From the NCBI GenBank assembly GCA_046728215.1, contig JBKPEB010000024.1, forward strand, positions 13,600-77,599: a stretch of DNA of 64,000 nucleotides, given 5' to 3'. Source of the DNA: Acidobacteriota bacterium (GTDB taxonomy: Bacteria; Acidobacteriota; Terriglobia; Terriglobales; Acidobacteriaceae). Below, one piece after another: positions 31,718-41,342 of this stretch. The notes under the pieces were generated by a model, which searched no databases, was not told the DNA's origin, and saw nothing but the letters and a program-made list of their open reading frames with translations. Every line of letters begins with the position of its first letter. The stretch's first letter is position 1. Both the position numbers and the translations under genes were made by a program.

Positions 31718-32560
31718 ATGACGATATTTAACGATCCGCGCGGAAAAGTGGTGGAGGTGAACACCAGTCCTATCCTCAAGCTGATCGGCTTGGCCTTCGT
31801 GGGCCTGATTGGCGTCATTTTGCTTTCCAACTGCATTACTCGGGTGAGAACAGGTCATGTAGGCGTGCTGACCCTATTCGGAAGAGTGACGGGCGAAGTC
31901 CTACATGAAGGCATGCACGTGATTAATCCGCTGAAGACCAACAACGAGATGTCGGTGCAGACCCAGACCATCAAAGAATCAGCCAGCGTGCCCTCGAGCG
32001 AAGGCCTGGTCATGAATCTCGACACGTCGTTGATCTATCACCTCAACCCGGAACGAGCCGCGGATGTCTTCCAGAAGATCGGGGCGAGGTATGAAGCGGT
32101 GGTGATCGAGCCGACGTTGCGGGCCGCGATACGGGAAGCGACCGCCTCGCACACCGCGAATGCGCTTTACACCGGCGAACGTGAGATGGTGGCCAAGCAG
32201 ATCAACGATCAGTTAACGGCCATAATGAATCAACGCGGAATCATTGTGGAGAGTGTGCTGCTCCGCGACATTCAACTGCCGCAAACCCTGAAGTCTTCCA
32301 TTGAATCCAAGCAGCAGGCCGAGCAGGAAGCCCTCGCCATGAATTTCCGCTTGCAGAAAGAGAAGCAGGAAGCCGAGCGCAAGCGCATAGAAGCGGGCGG
32401 CATTCGCGACTTCCAGCAGATTGTTGCCCAGGGCATCAGCCCGCAGCTGCTGGAGTGGAAAGGAATCGAAGCGACCGAACTGCTTTCGAAGAGTCCGAAT
32501 ACCAAGGTCGTGGTGATTGGGAATCCGAAGAATGGGCTGCCTCTGATCTTGGGGCAATGA
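31718..32560 (+). CDS. SPFH/Band-7 (prohibitin/HflC-like) domain protein
   Basis: An N-terminal TM segment is followed by VRTGHVGVLTLFGRV...VQTQ and a coiled-coil tail. The upstream ORF extension (31310-31717) looks non-coding. Confidence 0.75.
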   Translation: MTIFNDPRGKVVEVNTSPILKLIGLAFVGLIGVILLSNCITRVRTGHVGVLTLFGRVTGEVLHEGMHVINPLKTNNEMSVQTQTIKESASVPSSEGLVMNLDTSLIYHLNPERAADVFQKIGARYEAVVIEPTLRAAIREATASHTANALYTGEREMVAKQINDQLTAIMNQRGIIVESVLLRDIQLPQTLKSSIESKQQAEQEALAMNFRLQKEKQEAERKRIEAGGIRDFQQIVAQGISPQLLEWKGIEATELLSKSPNTKVVVIGNPKNGLPLILGQ

Positions 32561-32694
32561 TGCCTGTTGATAGGCAGCTCCTGAGGGGCGTGTGACTTCG
32601 ATCGCGCATGGCATCGCTGAAGCGATGTCCTGATACGAACCGGGTAGGAAACGGCATCGCGGCCCCGCCTGACGGTCACTGCTACCATAGTTGC

Positions 32695-33756
32695 GTGGCT
32701 GCACTGCTTGAAGTCCGGGGACTGAGCGTTGCATTTGCTGGATCATCCGCCGTGCGCAAGTTGGATGCGTCCGTCTCAGGCGCACAGACCAGTTCAACCG
32801 CGGACGCTGGTCCGTTCGCGGTTCGTGATGTTTCCTTCGCGATTTCCCCCGGAGAAGTTCTCGGGCTGGTGGGGGAGTCGGGATCGGGAAAGTCCGTGAC
32901 GTCGCTGGCGCTCATGCGCCTTCTGCCATCCCAGGCGCGGGTCACCGGTCAAATTCTTTTTCGCAACGGAGACGGAACAGGGCATAGCCTGATAGAAGAC
33001 TCTGACGAGTCGATTCGCGAGCTGCGCGGCTCGGCGATCGCGATGATTTTCCAGGAGCCGATGACAGCGCTGAATCCCGTGATGTGCGTCGGCGAACAGA
33101 TTGCCGAAGCCGTGCTGGCGCATGCCAGTGTCTCGAAGTCGGAAGCATGGCAACGCGCGGTCGAGGGAATGAAAGATGTCGCGATCCCCGACGCCGAACG
33201 GCGGGCGCTCGACTATCCGCATCAGCTTTCCGGCGGCATGCGGCAGCGGGTCATGATTGCGATGGCGATCGTGAACCGGCCACAATTGCTGATTGCGGAT
33301 GAGCCTACGACGGCACTGGACGTCACCATTCAGGCGCAAATCCTGGAATTGCTGGCTGACCTGCGCAGGCGCTTCCATCTGGCAATGCTCTTCATCTCCC
33401 ACGACCTGGCCGTGGTTTCCCAAGTCGCCGACCGTGTCGCGGTGATGTATGCCGGGAACGTGGTGGAGTTGGGAACGAAGCGCGACATTTTTCAATCGCC
33501 CGCTCACCCCTATACGCGCGGACTACTGCAGGCGGTTCCCACCTTGAATACCGATCGCACGCGGCCGCTGCGAACAATTGAAGGAACGGTTCCACCCACG
33601 CACGCCGCACCTCCAGGGTGCCCGTTCGAGCCCAGGTGTGGCGACCGCGTCCCCGACTGCCGCGTCCAATTGCCTCCCCTCATCGAAGTCTCGGCGGGGC
33701 ATTGGGCCCGTTGCCCGGTCATCAACCCGGGTCCAGGCTTGCGTCCCGGCGTATAA
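32695..33756 (+). CDS. ABC transporter ATP-binding protein, Opp/Dpp-type (OppD/DppD-like) with the oligopeptide C-terminal domain
   Basis: Walker A is GESGSGKS, the signature is LSGGMRQRV and Walker B is [12 protein letters not shown]. The C-terminal HPYTRGLL...GCPFEPRC motif is present. A GTG start was chosen at 32695. No permease or solute-binding gene is adjacent. Confidence 0.8.
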   Translation: MAALLEVRGLSVAFAGSSAVRKLDASVSGAQTSSTADAGPFAVRDVSFAISPGEVLGLVGESGSGKSVTSLALMRLLPSQARVTGQILFRNGDGTGHSLIEDSDESIRELRGSAIAMIFQEPMTALNPVMCVGEQIAEAVLAHASVSKSEAWQRAVEGMKDVAIPDAERRALDYPHQLSGGMRQRVMIAMAIVNRPQLLIADEPTTALDVTIQAQILELLADLRRRFHLAMLFISHDLAVVSQVADRVAVMYAGNVVELGTKRDIFQSPAHPYTRGLLQAVPTLNTDRTRPLRTIEGTVPPTHAAPPGCPFEPRCGDRVPDCRVQLPPLIEVSAGHWARCPVINPGPGLRPGV

Positions 33757-33777
33757 TCCCGACTTCGTCGGTGCCGA

Positions 33778-34533
33778 GTGCGCATTCTCGTCTTAAGCGA
33801 TATCCACGGAAATCTAGACGCGCTGGAGGCCACCCTGGCCGCGGCGGGCGAATACGATGCTGTGGTCAATCTGGGCGACATCGTTGGTTATGGCGCGAGC
33901 CCCAACGAGGTAATTGAACGCTCGCGCGAAGTCGGCAAGTACTTCGTCCGCGGCAATCACGATAAGGCATCGAGCGGGTTGATGGACCTGAAGGACTTCA
34001 ACCCCATCGCCGGGCTGGCGGCGCTTTGGACGCGCGACCAACTCACGCCGGAAAACCTGCAATGGCTGCGCAGCCTTCCGCAAGGCCCGGTACAGATTCC
34101 GGATCTGCCCGAGGTTCAATTCGTGCACGGATCGCCGATTGACGAAGATGAGTATGTGGTCACGTTGCACGACGCGCTCGCGCCGTTGTCGGCTCTGCCC
34201 GTCTCGGTGACATTCTTCGGACACACGCATCTGCAGGGAGCGTTCTCTTTCAAGATTGCCGCCGGGGATGCGTACCGGCCGACGTACAAGACGATCGGGC
34301 AGTCGGAGAGCGTGCCCTTTGCCATGAAGCGCGATGTGAAGTACCTGGTGAATCCCGGATCGGTTGGGCAACCGCGCGACGGCGATTGGCGGGCGGCCTT
34401 CGCCATGTTCGATAGCGACCAATGGACGGTGAGCTTCCACCGCGTTCCCTACAATCTCAAAAGCGCGCAGGATCGTATTTTTGCGGCAAACCTGCCCCAG
34501 CGGCTGGCCACCCGGCTGGCTGCCGGACGATAG
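33778..34533 (+). CDS. Metallophosphoesterase (calcineurin-like, YfcE-type)
   Basis: Shows MRILVLSDIHGNLDAL...GDIVGYG...GNHD...FGHTHL. Confidence 0.75.
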   Translation: MRILVLSDIHGNLDALEATLAAAGEYDAVVNLGDIVGYGASPNEVIERSREVGKYFVRGNHDKASSGLMDLKDFNPIAGLAALWTRDQLTPENLQWLRSLPQGPVQIPDLPEVQFVHGSPIDEDEYVVTLHDALAPLSALPVSVTFFGHTHLQGAFSFKIAAGDAYRPTYKTIGQSESVPFAMKRDVKYLVNPGSVGQPRDGDWRAAFAMFDSDQWTVSFHRVPYNLKSAQDRIFAANLPQRLATRLAAGR

Positions 34534-34577
34534 AAGTCTTTCAACCCGACATCATAACGTTCAAGCGGAGATAAGGC

Positions 34578-35477
34578 ATGCGTACCGCAACTGGTGGAAT
34601 AGTCGTTCTGATAATCGTGCTTGCAATCGGAACTCTGGCATCGGCCGACACGATCATTACGCGCGAGGGCGCGAGTTATTCAGGACAGTTCCTGGGCGCG
34701 AAAGAGGGGACGGTGGCGTTTACCGATTCGAGCGGCATCGGCTACACCTTTCCGATTCGCGATGTGCAATCGCTGGTATTCACGCCGGCCAATGACACGG
34801 TGACCTTGCGCAACGGCAAAGTGTATTCCGGCAAGTTCACCGGCGCGGACCCGCTGCCGTTCAAGGACAACATGGGGATTCTCTATGAGTTTCCGCGCAA
34901 GGAAGTGGAGTCGCTGGTGCTGAGCTCAGCCGGAGTCGCGCCGGCGCCTCCTCAGGGCTCAAAGGTGATTCCGACCGGCACCGAGATTCATATTCGCACC
35001 GAGGAGAAAATCGATTCCAACAATGCCAGCCCGGGCCAGAGATTCTCGGCGGAGGTCGTTGATGCGGTGGATGATTTGTCGGGAGGCGTAGCGATTCCCG
35101 CGCATTCGAAAGCGAAGTTGCTGATCGTGTCGGAATCGGGCGGCGGGGCGGGATCGCCTTACATGTACCTCGACCTCGACACGGTGAACATCAGCGGCAA
35201 GGTGCATCGCGTGTACACGTCGGAGTTGAAGGAATCGAATGCCAAGGGATTCGGAAAGAACAAGCGTACGGCTGAGTTCTTAGGTGGCGGAGCCGCGCTC
35301 GGAGGACTTTTTGGAGCTATCCTGGGCGGCGGTCAGGGCGCGGCGATTGGGGCAGCATCCGGCGCAGGCGGCGGATTCCTAGGTCAGCTGTTCACGCGCG
35401 GAAAGCAAGTAAAGGTTCCGACCGAGACGGTGCTGCACTTCCGGTTGGAGCGGCCGCTGGTGCTGCAACCGCAATAG
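34578..35477 (+). CDS. Secreted protein with a C-terminal glycine-zipper segment
   Basis: A signal peptide and a C-terminal GGGAALGGLFGAILGGGQGAAIGAASGAGGG are present. Its C-terminal half is paralogous to the gene at 45035..45601. Confidence 0.6.
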   Translation: MRTATGGIVVLIIVLAIGTLASADTIITREGASYSGQFLGAKEGTVAFTDSSGIGYTFPIRDVQSLVFTPANDTVTLRNGKVYSGKFTGADPLPFKDNMGILYEFPRKEVESLVLSSAGVAPAPPQGSKVIPTGTEIHIRTEEKIDSNNASPGQRFSAEVVDAVDDLSGGVAIPAHSKAKLLIVSESGGGAGSPYMYLDLDTVNISGKVHRVYTSELKESNAKGFGKNKRTAEFLGGGAALGGLFGAILGGGQGAAIGAASGAGGGFLGQLFTRGKQVKVPTETVLHFRLERPLVLQPQ

Positions 35478-35485
35478 GGCTCGCC

Positions 35486-36643
35486 ATGACCACAGCCGAT
35501 GTAGTCATCGTAGGCGGCGGGATCGTGGGGTCGAGCATTGCGTACCACCTGACCAGCGCGGGTTGCCGCAACGTTCTTGTGATCGAGCGCGAGACGCAGC
35601 AGGGCAAAGGCTCAACCGGCAAGAGCATGGGCGGCGTGCGCGCGCAGTTCTCTACGCCGGTGAACATTCAGATGTCGCTGTACGCGATCCCTTTCTACGC
35701 GAGCTTCGACGAGAGGCTTGGGTATCCGGCGGGATACCGTCCCCAGGGGTACCTGTTCTGTGCCACCAGCGACAAGCACATGGCGTACCTGCGGGCGAAC
35801 TATGAGAAGCAGGTAGTTTTGGGATTGAAGGACGTCCGGATGGTCAGCGGAGATGAGATCCGCTCGATGTTCCCGCTACTGCGCGGAGACGACATCCTCG
35901 GCGGAAGCTTTTGCGCGAGCGACGGCTTTGTCGATCCCTACAGCGCGATGATCGGGTTCATGACTTGGTCGGCAGAGCATGGGGCCCGGTTGTGGAAGAA
36001 TACTGAGGTCACGGCGATCCGGCGGGATGCACGCGGTGTTTGCGGAGTGGAGACTTCGCGGGGCTCGGTGGAATCGCGCGTGGTGGTGAATTGCGCAGGA
36101 GCGTGGGCGGCAGCCATCGCGAAAATGGTGGAGGTCGATTTGCCGGTCGAACCGCTGCGACGCATGCTGGTGCCGACCGAGCCATTCGATGAGTTCCCGC
36201 ATTCAGCACCGATGATCATCGACATGTCGAACGGATTTCATTTCCGGCCGGAGTCGCTCGGGTTTCTGCTGGCGTGGAACGATCCAGAGGAGACGCCGGG
36301 TTACAAATCAGATTTTGAGCCATCGTTTATTGAGAAGGTCCTGACGCGGGCGGCGGACAGGGTGCCGTGCTTTGAGAATCTGGCGGTGAATCCGAAACGC
36401 GCCTGGGCCGGGTTGTACGAGATGACGCCGGATCATCATCCAATCTTGGGGGCAGTTCCGGAAGTGCCAGGATTTTTTCTCGCCAACGGCTTCAGCGGGC
36501 ATGGCGTGATGCATGCGCCGGCTACCGGAAAGATTCTCAGCGACCTGATCTTGACCGGTAAGACCGATTTGATCGACGCATCGTTGCTGAACTTCGCGCG
36601 TTTTGCAGAAGGCCGGATGATTCACGAGACGGCTGTTTTGTGA
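35486..36643 (+). CDS. FAD-dependent oxidoreductase (DAO family; sarcosine/glycine oxidase-like)
   Basis: Shows VVIVGGGIVGSSIAYHL...VIERE. Confidence 0.8.
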   Translation: MTTADVVIVGGGIVGSSIAYHLTSAGCRNVLVIERETQQGKGSTGKSMGGVRAQFSTPVNIQMSLYAIPFYASFDERLGYPAGYRPQGYLFCATSDKHMAYLRANYEKQVVLGLKDVRMVSGDEIRSMFPLLRGDDILGGSFCASDGFVDPYSAMIGFMTWSAEHGARLWKNTEVTAIRRDARGVCGVETSRGSVESRVVVNCAGAWAAAIAKMVEVDLPVEPLRRMLVPTEPFDEFPHSAPMIIDMSNGFHFRPESLGFLLAWNDPEETPGYKSDFEPSFIEKVLTRAADRVPCFENLAVNPKRAWAGLYEMTPDHHPILGAVPEVPGFFLANGFSGHGVMHAPATGKILSDLILTGKTDLIDASLLNFARFAEGRMIHETAVL

Positions 36644-36764
36644 GTACGCGGCACAACACCATCACTTACAGAAGCTTTTTGCCGCCGAGGTACGAGGGGA
36701 TGCCGCCCAGAACACGACGAACCACGGCTCTCTCGCCCGGGTGTTGCCGATATAATCGCTCGAT

Positions 36765-38240
36765 ATGGCGACCACGACTGACACGTCTGTAGCCGCTCAC
36801 GCCAAGTACGAGGCGGTCATCGGGCTGGAAGTGCACGTCCAGCTGCTGACGACGACCAAGATTTTCTGCTCGTGTTCCACGCAGTTTGGCGCTCCTCCCA
36901 ACACGAATGTCTGCCCGGTGTGTCTCGGGATGCCAGGCGTGCTGCCGGTGATGAATCGCAAGGCGGTGGAGTTCGCGGTGCTGGCGGCGATGGCACTGAA
37001 CTGCCGCATCAACCAGACATCGATTTTCGCGCGCAAGAATTACTTTTATCCCGACCTGCCCAAGGGCTATCAGATTTCGCAATACGACAAGCCGCTGGCC
37101 GAGTTTGGCCGCATCGATCTCAAGCAGAACGGCGGGAAGAAGATTGGCATCACGCGGATTCATCTGGAAGAAGACGCGGGCAAGAGCCTGCACGAAGGAT
37201 TCCCGGCGGCGGACGAGAAGACCGGCATCGATCTGAATCGCACGGGCGTGCCGCTGATCGAGATTGTCAGCGAGCCCGACATGTCGACGCCGGAAGAGGC
37301 ATACGAGTACCTGACGCTGCTCAAAGAGATCATCCTGTACACGGGCGTGAGCGACTGCAACATGGAGGAAGGCTCGCTGCGCTGCGACGCCAACGTCAGC
37401 GTGCGGCCACGCGGGCAGAAAGAGCTTGGCACGAAGACGGAAATCAAGAACGTGAATTCGTTCCGCTTCGTGCGCGAGGCGCTGGAATACGAGATCAGCC
37501 GGCAGATCGAGGTGATTGAGTCCGGTGGAAAGATTCAGCAGGAGACGCGGCTCTACAACTCGAATGAAGGCAAAACGTATGGCATGCGCTCGAAGGAGCA
37601 GGCGCATGATTACCGCTATTTTCCCGAGCCGGATTTGTTGCCGCTGGCGGTGGACGAGAAGTGGAAGACCGAAGTCGCGAAGCAGCTTCCGGAGCTGCCC
37701 GAGACGCGGCGGGCTCGCATGGTGAAAGACTATGGCATCACCGAGTACGACGCGGGCGTGCTGACGTTCTCGAAGGAACTGGCGGATCAGTTCGAAGCGG
37801 CAGCCAAGGCGGCGAAGAATCCGAAGCGGGTCGCGAACCTGGTGCAGGGCGAGTTGATGGGGCGTCTGAAAGCGAAAGGACTGGAGATCGGGCAGTCGCC
37901 GATCACCATGCAGGGCGTAGCCATGTCGGCGGACCTGGTGGAATCAGCCGCGATCTCGGGCAAGATGCTGAAGGATCTCTACGACCTGAGCTTCGAGCGC
38001 GGGAAAGACTTTGGGGCCGTGTACGAGGAAGAAGGGCGGCCGGTGCAGTCTTCGGACACGTCAGCGCTTGAGAAGATTGTTGACGCGTTGATTGCGGCGA
38101 ATCCCAAGCAGGTCGAGCAGTACCGGGCTGGGAAGAAGACGATGATCGGATTTTTTGTGGGGCAGGTGATGAAGGCGTCGAAGGGGCAGGCGAATCCTCA
38201 GGTGGTGAATGAGGTGCTGATGAAGAAGTTGGAGGGGTAG
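36765..38240 (+). CDS. gatB: Aspartyl/glutamyl-tRNA(Asn/Gln) amidotransferase subunit B
   Basis: YEAVIGLEVHVQL...IFCSCS...CPVCLGMPGVLPV, with the full-length GatB N and C domains. Confidence 0.9.
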   Translation: MATTTDTSVAAHAKYEAVIGLEVHVQLLTTTKIFCSCSTQFGAPPNTNVCPVCLGMPGVLPVMNRKAVEFAVLAAMALNCRINQTSIFARKNYFYPDLPKGYQISQYDKPLAEFGRIDLKQNGGKKIGITRIHLEEDAGKSLHEGFPAADEKTGIDLNRTGVPLIEIVSEPDMSTPEEAYEYLTLLKEIILYTGVSDCNMEEGSLRCDANVSVRPRGQKELGTKTEIKNVNSFRFVREALEYEISRQIEVIESGGKIQQETRLYNSNEGKTYGMRSKEQAHDYRYFPEPDLLPLAVDEKWKTEVAKQLPELPETRRARMVKDYGITEYDAGVLTFSKELADQFEAAAKAAKNPKRVANLVQGELMGRLKAKGLEIGQSPITMQGVAMSADLVESAAISGKMLKDLYDLSFERGKDFGAVYEEEGRPVQSSDTSALEKIVDALIAANPKQVEQYRAGKKTMIGFFVGQVMKASKGQANPQVVNEVLMKKLEG

Positions 38241-38441
38241 GCTAAGCCAGTCTCGTCAATCGCCTGGCCTCCGATTGGGATTTGGTTTACTTGAATGGCG
38301 CGACAGAAGGCTACAATCGGTCAAAGAATTGGAACGGCATTCCTTATTTTTCTGGTCATCCCTTTTGTCCTTCCCCTGGCCTTGATCACTTTGACATTTT
38401 GGTTTGCTCACCGAGTTGCTTTGTACGGACTCGTCTAGCTC

Positions 38442-38780
38442 TTGTGGCTGCCGAAAGGGGAAGACATATTATTTGTGAGTTCCGACAGTCCCACGTGGCA
38501 GGAATACATGGCAACACAGTTATTGCCGCACATTCGGGAGCGCGCCATCGTGCTGAACTGGTCAGAGCGGAAAGAGTGGCCTGCATGGTCGCTGCCGGCT
38601 CATGTGTTGCACAGCTTTGGAGGAGGTCGGGCATTCAATCCATTGGTAATTTGGTTTCGGCCATTTCGGCTAGCCCAGATTTATCGGTTTTGGCCAGCTT
38701 TTAAAGATTGGAAGCGAGGTTACAAGGAACCGGTGGAAAGACTGAGCAAGGATCTCTTATCCGCTTTGAAGAATGCATAG
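38442..38780 (+). CDS. Hypothetical small protein in a low-GC islet (coding status uncertain)
   Basis: A 112-codon ORF (TTG start; an internal ATG near 38505) lies within a roughly 500-bp stretch of about 43-48 % GC. An overlapping alternative-frame ORF runs 38282..38704. Confidence 0.3.
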   Translation: MWLPKGEDILFVSSDSPTWQEYMATQLLPHIRERAIVLNWSERKEWPAWSLPAHVLHSFGGGRAFNPLVIWFRPFRLAQIYRFWPAFKDWKRGYKEPVERLSKDLLSALKNA

Positions 38781-38804
38781 AATTGATTCCACGATGCCCT
38801 AGCC

Positions 38805-39308
38805 ATGCAGATCCAAGACCTCTCCACCTTCCTCGACTACTTCGACAAAATCCACCAACGCACAATGCGTGTAGCACGCTGCATTCCCGCTGACAAGATT
38901 GAGTGGACGTATCGCGAGGGCCAGTTCACCCTGGGTGACCTGGTGCGGCATATTGCGGCTATCAATCGCTACATGTATGCGGAAACGGTGTCTGGCCGGC
39001 CAAGCCGCTATGCGGGATGCGGCAAGGATCTCGCCGATGGCTGCGACGCCGTGGTGGAATTTGCCGAGCGGTTGCATCGCGAGTCGGTGGAGATCTTTGC
39101 GCGCCTCACGGCTGAGGACTTGAACCGCAAGTCCGTGACTCCGGACGGGGCACCGATCACAACCTGGAAATGGCTCCGAGCGTTGGTGGAGCATGAAGCA
39201 CATCATCGGGGGCAGATTTATCTTTATCTCAGCATGCTGGGCGTGCCCACGCCGCCTTTGTACGGGCTCACCTCAGAGCAGGTGCGGGAGCGGAGCGTGC
39301 GGGGGTAG
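38805..39308 (+). CDS. DinB/YfiT-like (DinB_2) family protein
   Basis: A four-helix-bundle family with the HEAHHRGQI motif near the C-terminus. Confidence 0.75.
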   Translation: MQIQDLSTFLDYFDKIHQRTMRVARCIPADKIEWTYREGQFTLGDLVRHIAAINRYMYAETVSGRPSRYAGCGKDLADGCDAVVEFAERLHRESVEIFARLTAEDLNRKSVTPDGAPITTWKWLRALVEHEAHHRGQIYLYLSMLGVPTPPLYGLTSEQVRERSVRG

Positions 39309-39558
39309 CGGACGGGCAAGGGCTTTGGTGATCTCATCCAGGGTGACTCAGGGGGCTAACATGTTAGCTGTCGGTCCTCGGGCGTCGGCAAACCCATGCG
39401 GTGTCGGCTGTCGTGCAGGGAATTCCCCTTGGCGCCGGATAACACGCTGACAAAGCACAACGTCTCTCAACTTCGTTCGGCTGCGCCTCATTTGACTCGG
39501 GATGACGGAGTGATGGAGAGCTCATGACTACGATGAGCTGTAGGCGCTGGGAGCATTC

Positions 39559-40194
39559 ATGAAAATCAAACTCGACCGCATCATCAGCATTGCGACTCTG
39601 ACGGCTTCGGTGGCCGCTCTGGTCCTTGTGCTCAAGAAGCCTGAGCCGGTGGCCTCGCCGTTGGCGGCTCCAGCGGTCGCCGCGAATGCGCAGTCCTTTC
39701 AGAGCAAGATCGATCAACTCGAGCAGGCGCGCTCGCAGGGACAGTCGGGCGCCGAGGTGCGCCTGAATGCACAAGAAGTGGCGGCGGCGATTGCGCAGGC
39801 GTCGGGCGCTTTGTCATCGCCCGGCGGGTCGGATGGGAGCAACATGCCTGCCGCAGATCCCGGCGGTTCTCTCACGGGCGATCTGGGAGCCGGGGAAGCC
39901 ACAGTGAAGGACTATTCGGTGAACTTTGAGGGGGACGTTGCGAAAGGACAGTTCCTGACGCACATCGCCGGCAAGGACGTTTGGGTCACCCTCGAAGGCC
40001 ACGTTGGATCGAAAGATGGCTACGCGACTTTTGATCCGACGAAAATCAAACTCGGCGATCTGGAAGTGCCCGTTTCGCTGGTGAATCGTCAGCTGCAGAA
40101 AAAGCTGGCCGAGCAGCGCGACCGGCTGAAGTTGCCCGAAGACATTGGCGGGATTCGGGTGGAGAAGGGCGAAGTGGTAGTGAGCAACAAGTAG
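39559..40194 (+). CDS. Hypothetical membrane-anchored protein
   Basis: An N-terminal TM segment (IISIATLTASVAALVLVL) and a coiled-coil-like region. Confidence 0.5.
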   Translation: MKIKLDRIISIATLTASVAALVLVLKKPEPVASPLAAPAVAANAQSFQSKIDQLEQARSQGQSGAEVRLNAQEVAAAIAQASGALSSPGGSDGSNMPAADPGGSLTGDLGAGEATVKDYSVNFEGDVAKGQFLTHIAGKDVWVTLEGHVGSKDGYATFDPTKIKLGDLEVPVSLVNRQLQKKLAEQRDRLKLPEDIGGIRVEKGEVVVSNK

Positions 40195-40355
40195 TAGAGC
40201 CGCTTCGATTCATAGTGGTGCGCAGCTTCGAACAAACAGCAGGTTCCTCACTTCGTGAGGGATGACAAACTCTAAATGGTAAATCCTAAATGGCAAATTC
40301 TATGGGGTAGCGAAGAACACTCCTCGAAGAGTAGGCCTCTGCGGGGGATTTGCGT

Positions 40356-41096
40356 TTAACTGACGATCGATGGCCGCTGTACGACCGCTGAACTCCCCAT
40401 CATCTGCGGTACGGTCACGAAATCGTAGCCCTTTTCCCGCCACGCCTCGATCAGCAGATGCGTGGCAATCACCGTTTGCCAGCGGTCCGCACTGGGCCCG
40501 AGATGACTGCCATCGTGCATCAGGATCACGTCCCCACCACGCATATGACGGCTACAGGTTTCGACGATCCTGGCCGCGGGCGGAGCCTTCCAGTCCCAAC
40601 TCGTGACATTCCACATTACCGGCTCGAGTCCGAGCGAGCGCGCAATGCGAAAGGTGTGCGGCCGGCGTTGTCCGAAAGGCGGACGGAACAGCCGTGTCGA
40701 CTCTCCGGCCGCGTCTTCGACGACGCGCTGGCATTCTTCCAGCTGGATGCGGGTTTGCACCGAACCGGAAAACATCAAGTGCGGGTGGGTGTAGGTGTGA
40801 TTGCCAAGCGTGTGGCCTGCTTTCAGCAGGTCACGCACGATGTCGGGTCGCCGCTCCACGTATCGTCCAATCAGAAAAAACGTCGCGCGCACGCCATCCT
40901 TGGCGAGGACGTCGAGCAACTGCAGCGTATGTGGATCGTTTGGACCGTCATCGTAGGTAAGCGCGATTTGCTTCGACGCCGGCGCCCCACCGACAAACGC
41001 GGCACCGAAACCCTGTGCCCACGGCGCCATGGAGTGGTATGCAGCCGCGCCGACGGCGGTAACCGCGGCGCTCGCGCCGATGATGGGTCCTAGCAT
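40356..41096 (-). CDS. Polysaccharide deacetylase (NodB homology/CE4 domain)
   Basis: Shows IALTYDDGPND...ATFFLIG...GHTLGNHTYTHP. The start was taken at MLGPIIG (41096). The ORF is open to 41288. Confidence 0.75.
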   Translation of the reverse strand: MLGPIIGASAAVTAVGAAAYHSMAPWAQGFGAAFVGGAPASKQIALTYDDGPNDPHTLQLLDVLAKDGVRATFFLIGRYVERRPDIVRDLLKAGHTLGNHTYTHPHLMFSGSVQTRIQLEECQRVVEDAAGESTRLFRPPFGQRRPHTFRIARSLGLEPVMWNVTSWDWKAPPAARIVETCSRHMRGGDVILMHDGSHLGPSADRWQTVIATHLLIEAWREKGYDFVTVPQMMGSSAVVQRPSIVS

Positions 41097-41116
41097 CGCT
41101 GCTGCATTGTAAACGC

Positions 41117-41137
41117 AGTCGTTGGTCGTTAGTCGTT
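41117..41137. repeat. Tandem heptamer repeat GTCGTTG x3 (inverted partner of 41227-41261)
   Basis: The sequence is GTCGTTG GTCGTTA GTCGTTG, read directly. Confidence 0.8.
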
Positions 41138-41226
41138 GGCAACAACCCATTTGTCGATGGAGCGGTGGGCGTCCTCCTCCGTCGACGTAAGCGGGTGCAC
41201 GCACAGCGCAAGATTGCCAGGCCTTG

Positions 41227-41261
41227 GCAACGACCAACGACCAAGGACCAACGTCCAACGA
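41227..41261. repeat. Tandem heptamer repeat CAACGAC x5 (variants CAAGGAC, CAACGTC)
   Basis: Five contiguous 7-mers. Further copies lie at 42016-42037 (GTCGTTG x2) and 42128 (CAACGAC). Confidence 0.8.
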
Positions 41262-41342
41262 CGATTTTCCTGTTAACTCTTCACGCAATTGTCATCGCGT
41301 CGCAGTCAAGATATTCTGCAGTGCGAGAATTCCCGCGAGCCC

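Noticed and set aside
36666-37607. A 313-codon ORF on the minus strand
   Set aside because: It is entirely antisense to the unmistakable gatB gene. The translation is Arg/Leu-rich and typical of high-GC antisense frames.
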